Positions 1 through 13,819 of a stretch of DNA of 64,000 bases are shown one piece after another. This DNA is from Octopus bimaculoides (lineage: Eukaryota), in contig NC_068982.1 in assembly GCF_001194135.2 (NCBI RefSeq), positions 110,559,312 to 110,623,311 on the forward strand. The letters run 5' to 3'. The notes beneath the pieces were generated by a model, which made no database searches, was not told the origin of the DNA, and saw nothing but the letters and a program-made list of their open reading frames with translations. The stretch's first letter is position 1; each line of letters begins with the position of its first letter. The translations under genes and the position numbers were made by a program.

Positions 1-99
1 GCAGTGTACAAAGTGTGATTTTGCATGGTAGTAAGGCAGGTTCATTGAATGTAGAGGCTATGTAAAAGTTGGAAATAAATGACCCAAGCATGCTCCACT

Positions 100-1300
100 G
101 GATGCTTAGCATTGGAATACATGAATGACAAAGTGAGTTGAAAGAAAAACTAGATATAAGAGTGTTGTGGTGAGAGTCACGGCACCCCCTGTGAGAATAG
201 ACTTCACCGAATGACTATAAATAGTAGTGGTCTGAGTGAGAGACCAGAGAGAGTAGGTGTTAACCGCAGGAAGTCGTAAGATGCCATTTCGGAAGTTTGT
301 TGGAATATCGTTTGTTGGTTTGTGGAGAGTTTGTTGGATTGTTACGTTGTTGTTACCCTGCTTTGTTATATGTTTTATTGTTACTACACTGTTATAGTGT
401 AAAAAAATTATCGTCATAAATATTGGCGATGAAGATTTGAAACTCACACAGGTCAGTTAATAGACTTTTGTGATACAAAGTTGTTAATGATGGAAGGCCT
501 ATTAGCTTCTATAATACATTTGCAAAAACAGCAGCAAGAACAACAATGGGAGTTGCAGAAACAACTACTTCAGCAACAACAAAAACAAACAACAGTTAAT
601 GGAGCTATGTCTTCAGAAGTCCGGAAACACTATAAGTTCATTTTCACCAGATGGCGTATTGAACTTTATAACAGAATTCAGTTATGACCCAGAGGAGGGT
701 ATAACTTTTGCAGCATACTTGAGAAGATATGAAGAAATCTTCAGGGAAGATTGCAAGTTGTGAATGGACAATGAAAAAATAAGACTATTATCACATAAAT
801 TAGTTCCAGCTGAACATGAAAAATATTGTAATTTCATACTACCCAAAATAACTAGTGGAATTTGTTTCCAGGAAACAGTTGAACTACTATCAAAAGTATT
901 CAGTGATAAGAGTTCCCTATTTAACCCTTGACGGGAGTGTTGGAATCTAGTTAAAAAAGAGGATGAAAACTTTGTCACATATGAAGACTTTGTCGCAGAT
1001 GTGGAGACACATATTTGTACATGTAAAAGTAAACGCAGTGAATATTAAATTACAACTAGATACTGGTAGCAATATCTCGATTATCAATACTGACATTTGG
1101 AAAAGAATTGGAAAACTTATGTTAAGGAAAACCTCAAAAATTGCAGGAGACATGACAGGTGAAAAACCACACTTCGTAGGCCAAATGTAGAGTGTTATCA
1201 CATTTCAGGGAAAAACCTGTAGAGCAAAAGTTTTTTTGGTGAAAAATGCAACCAATCTGTTTGGTATAAACTGGTTGGAGTTGTTTGACTAATGGGCCTT
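100..1300 (+). mobile_element. Decayed Ty3/Gypsy LTR retrotransposon: 5' LTR-like region, PBS-like motif, gag, aspartic protease
   Basis: TATAAATAG at 216 and TGGCGATGAAGAT at 424-436. Gag-like FSYDPEEGITFAAYLRRYEEIF...EHEKYCNFILPK with stops. Protease LQLDTGSNISII (DTG at 1059). No RT follows. Confidence 0.85.
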
Positions 1301-2092
1301 TCCCATAAGTCTGTTCTGTAAAAAAATAAACTCAAGTACTGATTACATTATTTAGTTTAAAAGACAAAAATTATTGCTTTAGTCTGGGAAAGGAGCTATG
1401 CCTATGACTTTCAAAGGCCCTCCAAGCTTAGTGAAATTGAAGCAGTTGCTGTTTCTCTTGAACAGCAGCAGGAAACATGGGCAAGTGGGTGATTCTAGAG
1501 AGTTGGTATGAGGAGTAAGGACTGGGAAAGTAATTGTAAGTATAGGGTCTGGAGGATGTGCACAATATAGGTGATGAGATGTAATAAAGAGATGATGGTT
1601 AGGTAAGGGGATGGAATCCAATCTGATGCCTTCTTTCATTACTCTCTCTCAATATTAAGGGACCAAATTGGTAAGAGAGTGGGTGAGTAATAAATAATAG
1701 AGTAATGAAGAATAGTTTATGGAGACTTATGGGAGAGACCCAAGGGTTGATACCATACATCCTGATCTCAATCTTATCAAAACTACCATTTTTATCACTT
1801 TTTCTGTTTTGCTTACATAGGTTGGATGGGTTCTCTCCAGCATCATTTCACTACCAGTTGTGGTCCTTTATCACCTTTGTTAAGTTCAGCTACTTGAGAT
1901 CAGTCATCATGATTTGATTCCATATCTTCCTTGACCTTTTTCTTCCACTGGGTCCTTTCTTTATGCAATGAGCTTACTCCATACACATCACATACCCATA
2001 CCTGCATAGTCTTTTCTCTTGCTTACTATATCTGATTTTCTTTACATCAGGCTTGTCGCTCAGCTCATGTGCTCCATTGTTCAGCTGCACTA

Positions 2093-2219
2093 CAGGGTGT
2101 CCACAAAGTCTGGGTACATGGGGATTAGCACATACTTTAAGAAATTATTATTTCTTATATTTAATTGGTTATGTTATGCTTTTATTTACTCCATGTACCC
2201 AGACCTTGTGGACACCCTG
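2093..2219. mobile_element. 127-bp Tc1/mariner-type MITE
   Basis: 29-bp TIRs CAGGGTGTCCACAAAGTCTGGGTACATGG (2093-2121) and CCATGTACCCAGACCTTGTGGACACCCTG (2191-2219), 1 mismatch, TA on both sides. Confidence 0.9.
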
Positions 2220-2319
2220 TATATTTGAAAGTGTAAGTTCAGGAATTAATGAGGACACTTTCAACCAGATTCCTTTGCATCTATTATTATATCATATATA
2301 CATACATGTGCATATACAT

Positions 2320-2355
<36 letters not shown>

Positions 2356-3116
2356 CTTTTATGGCAAATTAATTCAGAACTTACAGCTCTTTTACCCTGA
2401 CTAGGAATTCTCATTTGTACCTATCATCATAGGTGCATTAGGTTATGTACCAACAAATTTGCACAAAAATCTAAAAATACATGGTTTCAAGGAAAAAGAG
2501 CAAAAGAAACTGATGCAGTTTCTCCAAATCCAATCTATTAGTGGCACACTTAAGATTTGTAAGACATTCCAAAAAATTTCCATCTGTGATTCTTATGTGG
2601 ATAGATCCACACACTTGGGTGTATGCATTGACAGTTCAACCAACACACCAACTCAATCACATATTCACAAACACTGAGAATTCTCTTAACTCAAAAAGTT
2701 TTGTTGCTTTGTTAGTGACTGGCTTGAGCTCAAACAAAAATGACTGATTTTACAAGGGAAGTAGGGATGGAACCTGTCTTCTTTTGGTCAATCAAGTTGA
2801 CTGGACCAAACAGAATTATATTTTTTGGGTTAGTATAAAATAATGACAGCAATCAGATTTAAATATTCTCACAATATATTTATTCAAATGTTTTTGTATT
2901 AGGAAAGAGTCAGAGGGTTCAGAAATGTGAGAAATGTTTTAATTGTTGTGTTTCATTAAACTACTGAAGTCGGTATTAATTGGTAATTTTTACTGATTAG
3001 GGTCATGAATGATATGTAGACCTTGTCCAAATATCTAAGCAATTAAACAAATTATTCCATCCTCTCTAGTATAGGTAATTAGATGTAAAATCTATGTCAG
3101 TATAATTATATATATT

Positions 3117-3177
<61 letters not shown>

Positions 3178-4642
3178 NNNNNNNNNNNNNNNNNNNNNNN
3201 NNNNNNNNNNNNNNNNNNNNNNNNNNNNNNNNNNNNNNNNNNNNNNNNNNNNNNNNNNNNNNNNNNNNNNNNNNNNNNNATGATGATGATGATATGTGTA
3301 TGTATGTATGTGTGTGCATGTATATATGTATGAATACGCACACATATGATCAGTTTGGTTTGGTTTGGTTTGTAGTCAGAAAGAAAGACCACTTGACTAT
3401 ATGAAAATAGTGAGGGTTCATAATATAGTATAATAATAATCATACTAAGAAACAATGCCCATGACTCTGAGGTTATGTATTTAAGTGGAACACTGTCAAA
3501 GACTGCTGCTGTGGAAATTCTACATGCACAGCTGTTCAGTAAAGTAAATAAAAGGATATTTTGTATAAAGTAAAAATTGTAATTATTAAGAATTAATAAC
3601 ATAGGGATAGTAGCTCATGGTTGTATGTCAAGGAGTTATTTCACTTATCAGTAGAGAGATTGGAGTAGAAACCAAATTCAGAAAAGTTAAAGGAGACAAG
3701 GACAGAAAATTATATGTTGAGAGTGACAGAGAGGAATAAAAGAATGGCAGATTGAAAAGATTTAATAGATGACTGGGTGTACAGAGGAATGACTGAAAGA
3801 ACTGGTAGGGAGATATGGAATATTGGTATCACCTCCTCTATTAAAGCTGGGATCATTATCTGAATATTTACTTCCACTCCTGTAAACAAGTTGTATATGC
3901 TTCTGATATGGCATTTAGGTACATCTCATTTGAAGCCACATCTTTGGTTGTCATTTGAGTAAGTATATACACATATTTGTATGTTTTACACACACACCTC
4001 ACTTGTATTATACATATCTATAGGTGCAGGCATGGTTATTTGGTTAAGAGGCTCACTTGGCAACCACATGATTTCAGGTTCAGTCCCACTGTGTGGCCCA
4101 AAGTACCACACAGTGGGACTCTTTTACTATGGCCCTGGGGAGATCAATGTCTTATGAGTGAATTTGGTAGGCAGAAATAGTATGGAAGGCCATCATGTGT
4201 ATGTGTGTTGTGTGAGACGGATCTCATTAGTGAGGAAATAACCACCATTTATAATTTTATTTGCATGTGAATTAACCTTTTACATAACTATTTGACATTT
4301 GGAAACAATTGAATCTTTAAGTCAAAATATTTCTCTCTCTTATTTATCCAGTCTGTTACTCAATATCTCCCTGCCTCTCTCTGATACATGAAGTAAAATT
4401 TCATCATTGAACACATATCATCATTGACTGCTTCATCTCTTAAAGCTGCTTTAGATATAAAATAGTCAAATGGATAAGATATCAGATTGACTACTTGTAG
4501 TTTTTGAGTTCAAATCTGCTGTAGGCATTTTGTTATCACAATATCAATTATTAACAACATATCAAACAATAAAATTCAGTTTTATCTATAATTTCCAATG
4601 TTTTTATTTTAATTAACCTAGTTCTTGTATTTTATTTTATGT

Positions 4643-5680
4643 ATACAGGGTACGGACAGTATTCGTTCGCATGATGCCTATCTCAAGAAAAATAAAACTT
4701 TTATTTTTTGAGATGTATTTGTCAAATTTGGTTCAGTTTGTCTTCACGACATGTTCTGTTGATCTCACTAGACGAACCTGCCTTTGACCTCAGTGACAAC
4801 CTCCAGGCAACCTCAAAACCGACCAAAGGTCTTCATCTCTATCTCTTATTTTAGGCCTCAGAAGGCCCTGGTAATCCTGGCTTTCAGCTTGTCCTTTATG
4901 CTGCAGTTGAATTTGTTGGTCTCTTGCTCCACCACTCTCCACACAAAGAAGTTGAGGAGGTTGCAGTCAGGTGAGTTGGTAGGCTAAATGACAGGTGCTG
5001 TGTGATCAAAGAAATTCTCTCACAGCCAGGCCTGAGTCTTCCAACTGCAGCTACCTGGTCAATCCAGGGCTTCACCACCTCTCTCAGAACACAGATGTAG
5101 CCATCAGTGTTCAGTCTGAGGCTTTCAGGGAAGAAGTGGAGTGGTACGATGTCACCTTCACTGCTGACAACACTGAAGACCATGATTGTTGCTGGCAATT
5201 TCATCTCTATGACACTGGGCATGTCCTTAGGTGAGACAGCAAATCACCTATTGTTCTGGGAGTTGATCTTCAGATCTTGGCAGAAATTCTTCTTGCTGAA
5301 GGAGAACCACAGCGTGTCTGGCTCTAGCAGATATTTCAACTTGTTGATCAGCTTCTATGAAAAATAACAAATGTCTTCATGCACCATCAGCTGGATGAGC
5401 TTTTCATCCACATCTTTCTCCCCACATCTTTCAATTTGCTGGATGTCATTGATGAATTTTGGTGTTCTGATGGTGTCAGATCATCGGTCATGGGTTTTCT
5501 CTGCTGTTGCCTTGTAGTCAAATCCTGAATCTTGTGGCTCATTTCTCACCTTTTCCACCATCCTTCTACTGACATTGAGGAAGCCTGAAATATCCTTGTT
5601 TGTGCTTCTGGCATGGATTCCAAGGAAGATATCATATCTCTTCCACAAATTGGGGAGGGGTGGTGGTGTTCAAAATTTTT
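4643..5680 (-). mobile_element. Degenerate Tc1/mariner (maT/DD37D-like) transposon
   Basis: TA-CAGGGT end at about 4645. Minus-strand translation IMVFSVVSSEGDIVPLHFFPESLRLNTDGYICVLREVVKPWI and a WP..SPDCNPL-like segment, with frameshifts. The other end is approximate. Confidence 0.8.
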
Positions 5681-6737
5681 CCTAGTTGATTATTCTGTAA
5701 AGCAATAATGCTAAAATACTTACTGTTTTTAAGAAAAAGACCAACAACAAAAGTCAAAAAAAAAAAATGTGCAAAATTAGAGCAGTTGAAAATTGTGAAC
5801 AAATACCATTTGCACCCAATAATATATAAATTTATGAAAATTTATATATTTCTGTTGTTTTTCTGAACAAAACAATTCATTGTACTCCATGTGAGTTCAC
5901 TTAGCTATTAGAAATAAATAGTAGGTCTGGAAATGTTACCAGCAAATACTAGCATCCTATCTTGGTAGAAGTGTATCTCATCTGCTTCGTGCTATTTAAC
6001 TGAAGTTAAACATTGACACTTTATAACTTTTGTAGGTTTTATGTTATATTTCATCATCATCATCATCATATTCACTTTGCCATGCTTGCATGGGTTGGAT
6101 GGAATTTGTTGAGGTGGATTTTCTATGGCTGGATACTCTTCCTGTTGCCAATTCTCACCTGTTTCCAAGTAAGGTAATATTTATCCATGATTGGACTTGT
6201 TTTCATGGAAGATTGGTAGCAAAGGATACTTTGCATGATGGGTATACTCATTTACAACTATTGCACAATATCAAGGTAAGGAGATAGTGAGGCATGCATG
6301 CATACATACATACATGTGCATGTATACAACAGGCTTCTTTCAGTTTCCATCAACCAATATCCACTTACATAGCTTCCATTGGCTCTGGGTTTATAATAAA
6401 AGACTCTTGCCTAAGGTGCCATGCAGTGGGACTGAATCTGGAACCATGTGGTTAAGAAACTGACTTCTTACCACACTACCATGTCTGTGCCTATTTACCT
6501 TAACATTTTTCTTTTATTTCCATGCATGCCCTGGAATTACATAATCTCTATCAAATATGTAGACACATTAGCAACTCACCAGGACATTGTCATAACACCA
6601 TTTACTGTCTCTTGTATTTGAGTCAACCTTAAAACATATAACTTGAACAAAGGAGCCACTGCTACTTTGAAGGAAATTTGGTTCCCATTTCCAGCAGTTC
6701 GAGCAACTATATAAGCGGTTACTTCATTGGCTTAAAC

Positions 6738-7004
6738 CAATGGTTTGCAACCATTTTTTACCTATGGACCCCTTTAATTTCAGTTTTACTTGGGTGGACC
6801 CTCATAGCCATTCAGTGTGTAAAAAATCCTATTATATTTTTATAATTAAATATCATTAGGAATGGTGTAAAAAAATTGCTAAAATATTTTGTGTATCTTA
6901 TATGTATAAGCAATTAAATTAATTGTGCGTAAATTTTAGCAAAAAGAATCTTATATGGACTCCCCCCCCCCAAGGGCCATATAAGTCCCAATGGAGAACC
7001 ACTA
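6738..7004. mobile_element. hAT-type non-autonomous element (MITE)
   Basis: Degenerate TIRs CAATGGTTTGCAA / GGAGAACCACTA, flanked by an imperfect 8-bp TSD gcttaaac / gctcagac. Confidence 0.6.
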
Positions 7005-7834
7005 GCTCAGACAATCAATTATCATCTTTGGGCCTAAATCTCTTAGGTTACTTATCTCTTTTAATAAATCCAGAAGCATCTTGGTTATTTCATTCTAACT
7101 AATATCATCCTGTCCATCTCTGCTACAGTGGGCTGTAATACCTCAAAACAGTAAAATAAATGCTAAATCTGTAGGTTGTTTCTGAATGTCACTTCAATAA
7201 TTCTTTCATGACATTTTGGCTCTAGCTAACTCAACTTAGAAACTATCACCACTGCCATCATTGTGAGCTAAGTGGGTCTCTATATGATTGTTTCATTTGC
7301 TAGAAATAGCAACCAAATCTCCCTCAGATCTTATCTTGCTATAATCCAACATGTCCTACCTAAGGAAGAACATACTGGATTATGTAAATTCTAGGTATAC
7401 TATATTAAAAAAAATTAAAAAAAAAAAAAAATTGGTACTGTCATGATCAGAAAGTCATTTTTCATGATTCTACTTGACAGGGCTGAACTAAGCCCCAAAC
7501 AAAACTAACAACAATACAATGCTTGCTTACAGCACAAAAGCTTGATCTATTTATTTAACAGTCTGGTAAACTTAACACTTGGCCATTACTTAACAGTTAA
7601 AAAAAAGAAACAAAAAAAAAAACCCCAACAAATTGGCCCTTCCTCATATTTGTGAGTAGTTTGTATCATCATTGGTAATGACTTACTTGTAAATTGATGT
7701 TCTTTGTTATTTTAAGTGTCAACTGTCATTCAAAGCAAACATGTTTTGTAATTTTGTTTTGTATTTCACTTCTAATGATATAATTACTTTCCTTGTTTCT
7801 TTTTGTTTTTCTCTTTTAACCTTTTCTTTCATAG

Positions 7835-7874
7835 GTTTATTTCAAAAATATTTAGCAGAATTCCCTAGAAAGTT
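7835..7874 (+). other. Candidate 40-nt exon, probably a TVP23 5'UTR exon
   Basis: Long polypyrimidine tract (about 7780-7834) ending in atag, and a GTAAGT donor at 7875. If spliced to 12881 it places an in-frame TAG upstream of the TVP23 ATG. Confidence 0.4.
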
Positions 7875-8420
7875 GTAAGTGATCTGAAATTGCATGTTTG
7901 TTTAAATGCTCACTCTTTTATCCCTCTCCTCAGTCACGGCTCCACCTATCCATTACTGTTTTCTGAACAATTTAGGCACTAACACTTTGTGTCAGTCAAC
8001 CCTACTTTCAAAGTTTAACTGTCTCATTATGTTACTAATTCCTAACATAACTATGCTTGTTGAACATAAATTATTTGCTGTTTGCTTTGTTATTGCAGAG
8101 CATATTTCATTTCATTTCATTTACACTATTGAAAACATCTGCAAAAACGCAGCCAATGGAAATATATATTATTACACTTGTTATGACTGATGGAATCTAT
8201 AATAGAATTCAGCTTTGCATAATGCTTTCTGTATTTTACTAACATAAAGTAATGAAATAAATAAGTACACACACACACACACTCTCTCTCTCTTTCCCCA
8301 TCCTCCACTCAGAAATATGAATTTTTCTTATTTCTTTGAGTTGCTTGGTACAACTAATGCACTAAGATGATATTTTTATATCTACAAAATAAAATGTTTA
8401 CCAATGTCATTATATATGTG

Positions 8421-8637
8421 AGGCAGCAAGCTGACAGAATTGTTAGCACACTGGTTGAAATGCTTAGCAGCATTTTATCTATCTTTATGTTCTGAGTTCA
8501 AACTCGCTGAAGTCGACTTGCCTTTCATCCTTTTGGGGTCAATAACATAAGTACCAGTTGAGCATTGGGATCACTGTAATTGACGTACCTCCTCCCCCAA
8601 AATTGCCTGCCTTGTGTCAAAATTTGAAATTAATATC
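8421..8637 (+). mobile_element. tRNA-derived SINE, family 2 (core GCCTTTCATCCTTTTGGGGTCAATAACATAAGTACCAG)
   Basis: Homologous to the copies at 23120 and 51662. Degenerate A/B boxes (GAGTTCAAACTC). Confidence 0.8.
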
Positions 8638-10991
8638 ACATGTATATGTGTGTGTATGTACATGTGTATCTTTTCTGTTTATCTTTTCTCTGGAAAACAG
8701 ACGTTAAATGATGATGATATATAATATGTTTTTGGTCAAACATTTCAGAAGCATTGGCTTGTGAAGGTCTTGGGCATTGCTCTTCTACTACTGCTGCCAG
8801 TAAAAACAAAATCCATTTTAAGATATGCACACACATACATACACATAGACAAAATTAATCTTAGACTATATTTTTTTATTAGTGATTGGTAAGCCAGGAG
8901 TAAACCTTAGACTTACGTTTGCATATTGTTTTAAACAAGGCATTTGGGCAGATAAACAAGATACTTTTGAAAGAGAGATACAATGTCAGACTATATGCTT
9001 ACTTGAAGAATCACTCCAGTAAGTCTTCTCTCAAATACTTTGACATATTTATTAGATATTCCTGAAAAAAAAATAATAAATAATTGCTATTGACAGAAGG
9101 AATTGTAACACATTCGTCTGCTAAAGACTGAGCAGAGTTGAACTTCCGTTTGTATTAGCAGGCATTCCTTGTCTTAACTTTACAGCTGCTTGTATCTACT
9201 TCATCTTCACTGCAGTTACTCCATTGTTATATTTCACTTTACTATTCACTTTACATAATCTTTCGTCATCCTTTCAGAATTATTTTGTTGATCACTCTTT
9301 CCTTTTTTTTTTCCTTTTCAACCACCAATTTCCAACAATTCAAATTAATATTTAACTGAACTTATCACATCTAATTCTAAATTCTTCATATTTCAAACAG
9401 CACCCCAAGTGGTTATGGACATTACCTGTCCTCTATATCCTAAAGGATAAAAGTACAATCCCTGCTTCTTTGTATGTTTATTTCAGTCAAGTAAATTCCA
9501 TGCCATGTCTCTTATTTTCAGTGAATTACTGTTACATACCTATCCTGTTTCACTGCTTACTCCACCCACACTAAACACTTTGTTCATCCCTTCAAAAATC
9601 TTGTTTTGCTTATATCTACTTATCAATCATTAACCTACAAAATATTCTATTTTAATTTTATAAATCATATCTTAGCTCTTTATTGCAAGAGGGCTTGTCT
9701 GTTTGGGCTATTAGCTTTGTTACTCTCAAAATGCCCACACAAAGGCTAACATATACACATGTACAAAACTAAAGCACATATACAAGGGCTAATTTATACA
9801 CGCACAGACTAACATTATCATGATTAGAAGCAAGGACACACACGTGTGTTTGTGTGCGTGTTTGTTTGTGTGTGTGCATGCACGCACACAGACATAAGTA
9901 CCAATATTTTATTATTATCATTATTATTATTAAGTCATGTTACAGACTACTTTGCCTTTGCATCTCTTGTACAACATTCCTGACAGTAACATCTGTTAAT
10001 TTCTTCAATGCTTTCTTTGAATGTCGCTTGGTTTGTGAATTAATAACTATTTATGGTTTTTTATATACTAAAATATCAAAATAGGAAGAAGAAATTGAAA
10101 GTGTGAGTTATCATGCGCATACATAAATGTAACAAATAAAATCTCTATAAGATATATTTTAGTAACATGTTCATGAAAAATCACATGCGAGTATCTACTT
10201 ATTTATATTTGACATATTTATTCCTAATATTGATTTATTGAGATCTTGCCAACAACAGCTGGTATATATGTTCAAAAATTCACAATAGAAAATAAAATTT
10301 TTTGCATGACTTAGTCAGTGGAGGAAGGGTATCACTCATAACCCTTTTCAGGGCCTCTCAAGCAGGAGAGAGAAAAGGAAGAAATTATCATAAGGTCAGA
10401 GATCTAGCCTGAATGCTCAAAACATAGTGTACTCTCTTAAATTTACCACCCAAGAACAGAAATAGTGCTTCCATCAGACTTCCACACAGTTTCTGTCTTG
10501 CAAATTTTGTTTTGGTCAACACGGTAGAAAATGCTTGCTCAAGATAACAGTGTAGGGGGATTGAATATGATATGAAACGATGTAGTTATGAAGCAGACTT
10601 CTTAACTACATGGTTACATTCCTTTTCCAAGCTGTTTTTGCTTGTTAATGTTTAGAACATAAATTTACATGAAACTTTGACGAAAGGTTTTAATTTAAAT
10701 CATTTTAAAACAGGAAGTTTGTATCAGGACCAACAACAGTTTTAGGTGAGTTAGTATCAGAAGGGTTAATTAATGTCTGTAAAGACTACTTAAAATTCCT
10801 TACATGGTCTATAAGTAAAATTGTCTGGGAATGGGTTTTGTTTCCCTGTCTCTACCAAAACCTTATTAAATAAAACATATAAAGGAAGAAAAGCTGTTGA
10901 AACAAGCTACCTTGTAAGTCTATCTAGCTAGCTAGTTAGCCAGCTCTCCCTCTCTTTGGATTAGCTTGCTTGGATTACATCAAATGTATTT

Positions 10992-11024
<33 letters not shown>

Positions 11025-11419
11025 TCATTTGTCTGGGTTAGACATGGATATAATTAGGATTTTAAGGTCACCACCCTTATCTGATTTTCAAGTAAGGAGT
11101 TCTTTTGCTTCACATATTTTTATATTTGCAGGACAGCTGAATCTAATGTCAACAAGAAATTTAAACAATGTTAATGATTTGTTGAAACAGTGACAAGTAG
11201 ACATCCATCCATTCATGCATGCACTCTACAGTAGGTTTCCTACAGCTTTAGTCTACCAAACTCACTCATGGCTTTAGTCACCCTGGGGCTATGGGTGCCA
11301 AGGTGCTGCACACTGGGACTGAGCCTGAAACCACATGATTGCAAAGCGAACATCTTAATGACATGACCTCCTTGCAGTTGATATATGCTTATTGTTGAAC
11401 ATCAAATTTGGTGATGACC

Positions 11420-12210
11420 ATCTTACCTTTTCATTAGTTGATTGTTTGGTGACTGTTTGTCACAATTTTTGATGTGCTGGAGAGGCCAGCTTTTACTTTG
11501 AATACTTCTTTTTTTGCTTCTCCTTTTAGTGCTGAGAGTTTTTCTCCTGTTAATCTTCAGTCCTCTCTAATAACGAGACTGCCAAAGTGAACTTTAGTTT
11601 TGAGCCTTCCAAAGACTACAGAGATCTATCTTAGGTGGCTTTGAATCTCCTTGCCCAGAGTGTAGTTATTGGTAATGATGCAACATAGGTATCTGAATTT
11701 GGTGTGTGTAGGCTTCTGATGTTGACCAAGTTCCTGTTCTTGTTAAGTTGGAAGTTAATTATGACTTTTGCTATCCTTCTGCATAACAGTATGGGCATAC
11801 TGATGAAGAGCACATTAAAAAGTAAAGGACCAGTAAACAGCTTTGCCAATTCCTGATTTCTACCTTCCACCAACAACTCAAGCCATCATCTGTTTGTGAA
11901 AATGATAGACGAATTTACTGAGTGTCTTTCATAGTTCCCTGTTTAGTGTCAAAAAACTGTGACAGATCTACAAATGTCATAAACAGGTCCTGATGTTGCT
12001 TTGTATTTCTTTAAAAGCTGTTGTGTAATGAAGATTATGTTGATTGTTCTATGGTCCTCATGGACACTTTGATACTGGTGTGACATTTTATGATTTGATT
12101 AGAGCGACCTTTCGAGCAGTAATGGACAGGAATGTTGTATACTTGTTGGAGTAAACAGATTTGTCGTTTTTGGTTTTGTAACTATGACAATGTCATTATC
12201 CTTCCAAGAT
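11420..12210 (-). mobile_element. Degenerate RTE-clade LINE reverse transcriptase fragment
   Basis: Minus-strand translation with frameshifts: YKTKNDKSVYSN..FLSITARKV, IFITQQLLKKYK.QHQDLFMTFVDLSQFFDT and KFRYLCCIITNNYTLGKEIQSHL, which are RTE RT motifs. Confidence 0.75.
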
Positions 12211-12886
12211 TGAAGTGAAATGGATATATTATTCAATTTTGATAATTGAATTAGCACATAAGTGTCTGATCATTCCACTGACACATGTACCATTAACATG
12301 ATCCTCAGGTAGAGTCAGTATGACACAGTACTTTTGAGTCACAGGTGCATCCATCTAATGGGCTTCTTCATAGTTTCCATCTACTCAGTTTCACTCATAA
12401 GGCTTGCACTAGTATTGAACTTGAGACTTCATGATTGTGAAACAAACTTTTTAACCATTAAGCCATGCTTCTGATTCCATACCTCTGTGATGTAGGGATG
12501 AAATGTTCTTGTGCAGAAGTAACCACCCTCCTTCAAGATCAAGAGATTCCAAATTTACCAATGTTGTAATCACTAACCAAAGTTGGTGTATTAACATAGT
12601 AATGGATGACAAGTATTTTCACAAATGAAATGTTCTTCATTATTCATCACTGGTCTTTCAATTAGAGATGTGTCATCTGATTACTTCACTGATGTTCTGA
12701 AATAATTTTTGAGGGTATAGAATGCTTCTTTTGCAAGACTTTGGTCAGCCCAGGGCTACAGTAGAAGATACTTGTCCAAGGTGCTATGCAATGTGACTAA
12801 ACCCAAGACGATATGATTAGAAAGCAAGCTTCTTAAACATACACACACACACACATTTATATACTAACATATATTTACAGGTCATT

Positions 12887-12957
12887 ATGGATGGAACAGA
12901 AGAGGTGATAAATTTTGGTGAAGAAGAGGATATCCTGGAACGAAGGAAGAAGGTGAA
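12887..12957 (+). CDS. TVP23: TVP23/FAM18 Golgi membrane protein, coding exon 1 (MDGTEEVINFGEEEDILERRKKV+AA)
   Basis: Acceptor tttacag at 12874-12880, ATG at 12887, GTAAGT donor at 12958. Phase 2 joins the next exon to give K-HPFA. The acidic FGEEE motif matches the TVP23 N-terminus. Confidence 0.85.
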
Positions 12958-13239
12958 GTAAGTATAAGAAGGGAGATCATTTTAGAAGTAAGTTCACTTT
13001 TCATCATCATCATTTTAACTCCATGGGATGGATGGAATTTATTGAAGCAAATTTTCTACAGTCAGATGCTCTTGCTGTTGCCAACCCAGACATGTTTCCA
13101 AGCAAGGTAATATTTACCCATGTTCAGACATGTTCACACAGGATATTGAGAATGAATGACTACTTGTATGATAGTGACAATCATTTTACAACTATCATGC
13201 AATGTCAAAACAAAGAGACAAACATACACATTCATACAG

Positions 13240-13733
13240 ATTTATTTTTGCCGAATGTCTTCCCTCAGACACTTCAAATCATCGCTGTAGAACTCTTAAT
13301 TGATGGTCTGGCCCTGGGGGATGAATTCTTGATGCACAATACTGCAGATGTTGCATGAAAATGATGACCATGCACTTGATTCAGATGTGGCTCTGTCGTG
13401 CACCTGTGCCACTCAAAACATTGTGTATGACCCACAACCTCGATGTCGTAAGCTTGCCAAAGTATTCAATGTCTCTGTAGCAGACTTCCTAAGTTTAACG
13501 CAAAATTTCATGGCTCTTTGTTCCAGCTTCCTGAACATGACAAAAATTGCAGACTAAAGCATACATGTGATCACAAAAACACAAATTTCACAATTGGCAA
13601 AGTAAAGACGGCGATGTCACTTGGCACACTGCCTCATGAAAGTCACTTCTAGCTCTCACTGCACATGCAACTGTGTGCTGCCATCTGTTGGCACACTACA
13701 GAACTAGTTTGGGAACTTTTTGATACCACCTCA
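13240..13733 (-). mobile_element. Mariner remnant in TVP23 intron 1 (same family as 50015-50394)
   Basis: TIR GGAACTTTTTGATACCACCTCA-TA at 13712-13735. The subterminal region aligns to 50015-50140. Confidence 0.8.
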
Positions 13734-13819
13734 TAGTGATATATATATAAAGAAACAAGCATTTCAGCTAATATTGTAATATTTGAAATATTAATCCTTT
13801 ATTTTCTTTCTTTTTCCAG

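Noticed and set aside
3376-3540. Protein-like minus-strand segment (ESWALFLSMIIIILYYEPSLFSYSQVVF)
   Set aside because: The hydrophobicity derives partly from (ATA)n. There is no clear donor and no recognisable family.
9945-10045. Minus-strand open frame NSQTKRHSKKALKKLTDVTVRNVVQEMQRQSSL*
   Set aside because: Weak acceptor, no partner exons and no recognisable homology.
11631-11876. 81-aa hydrophobic ORF resembling a membrane protein
   Set aside because: It lies within a decayed RTE RT fragment; part of it is an off-frame reading of LINE sequence.
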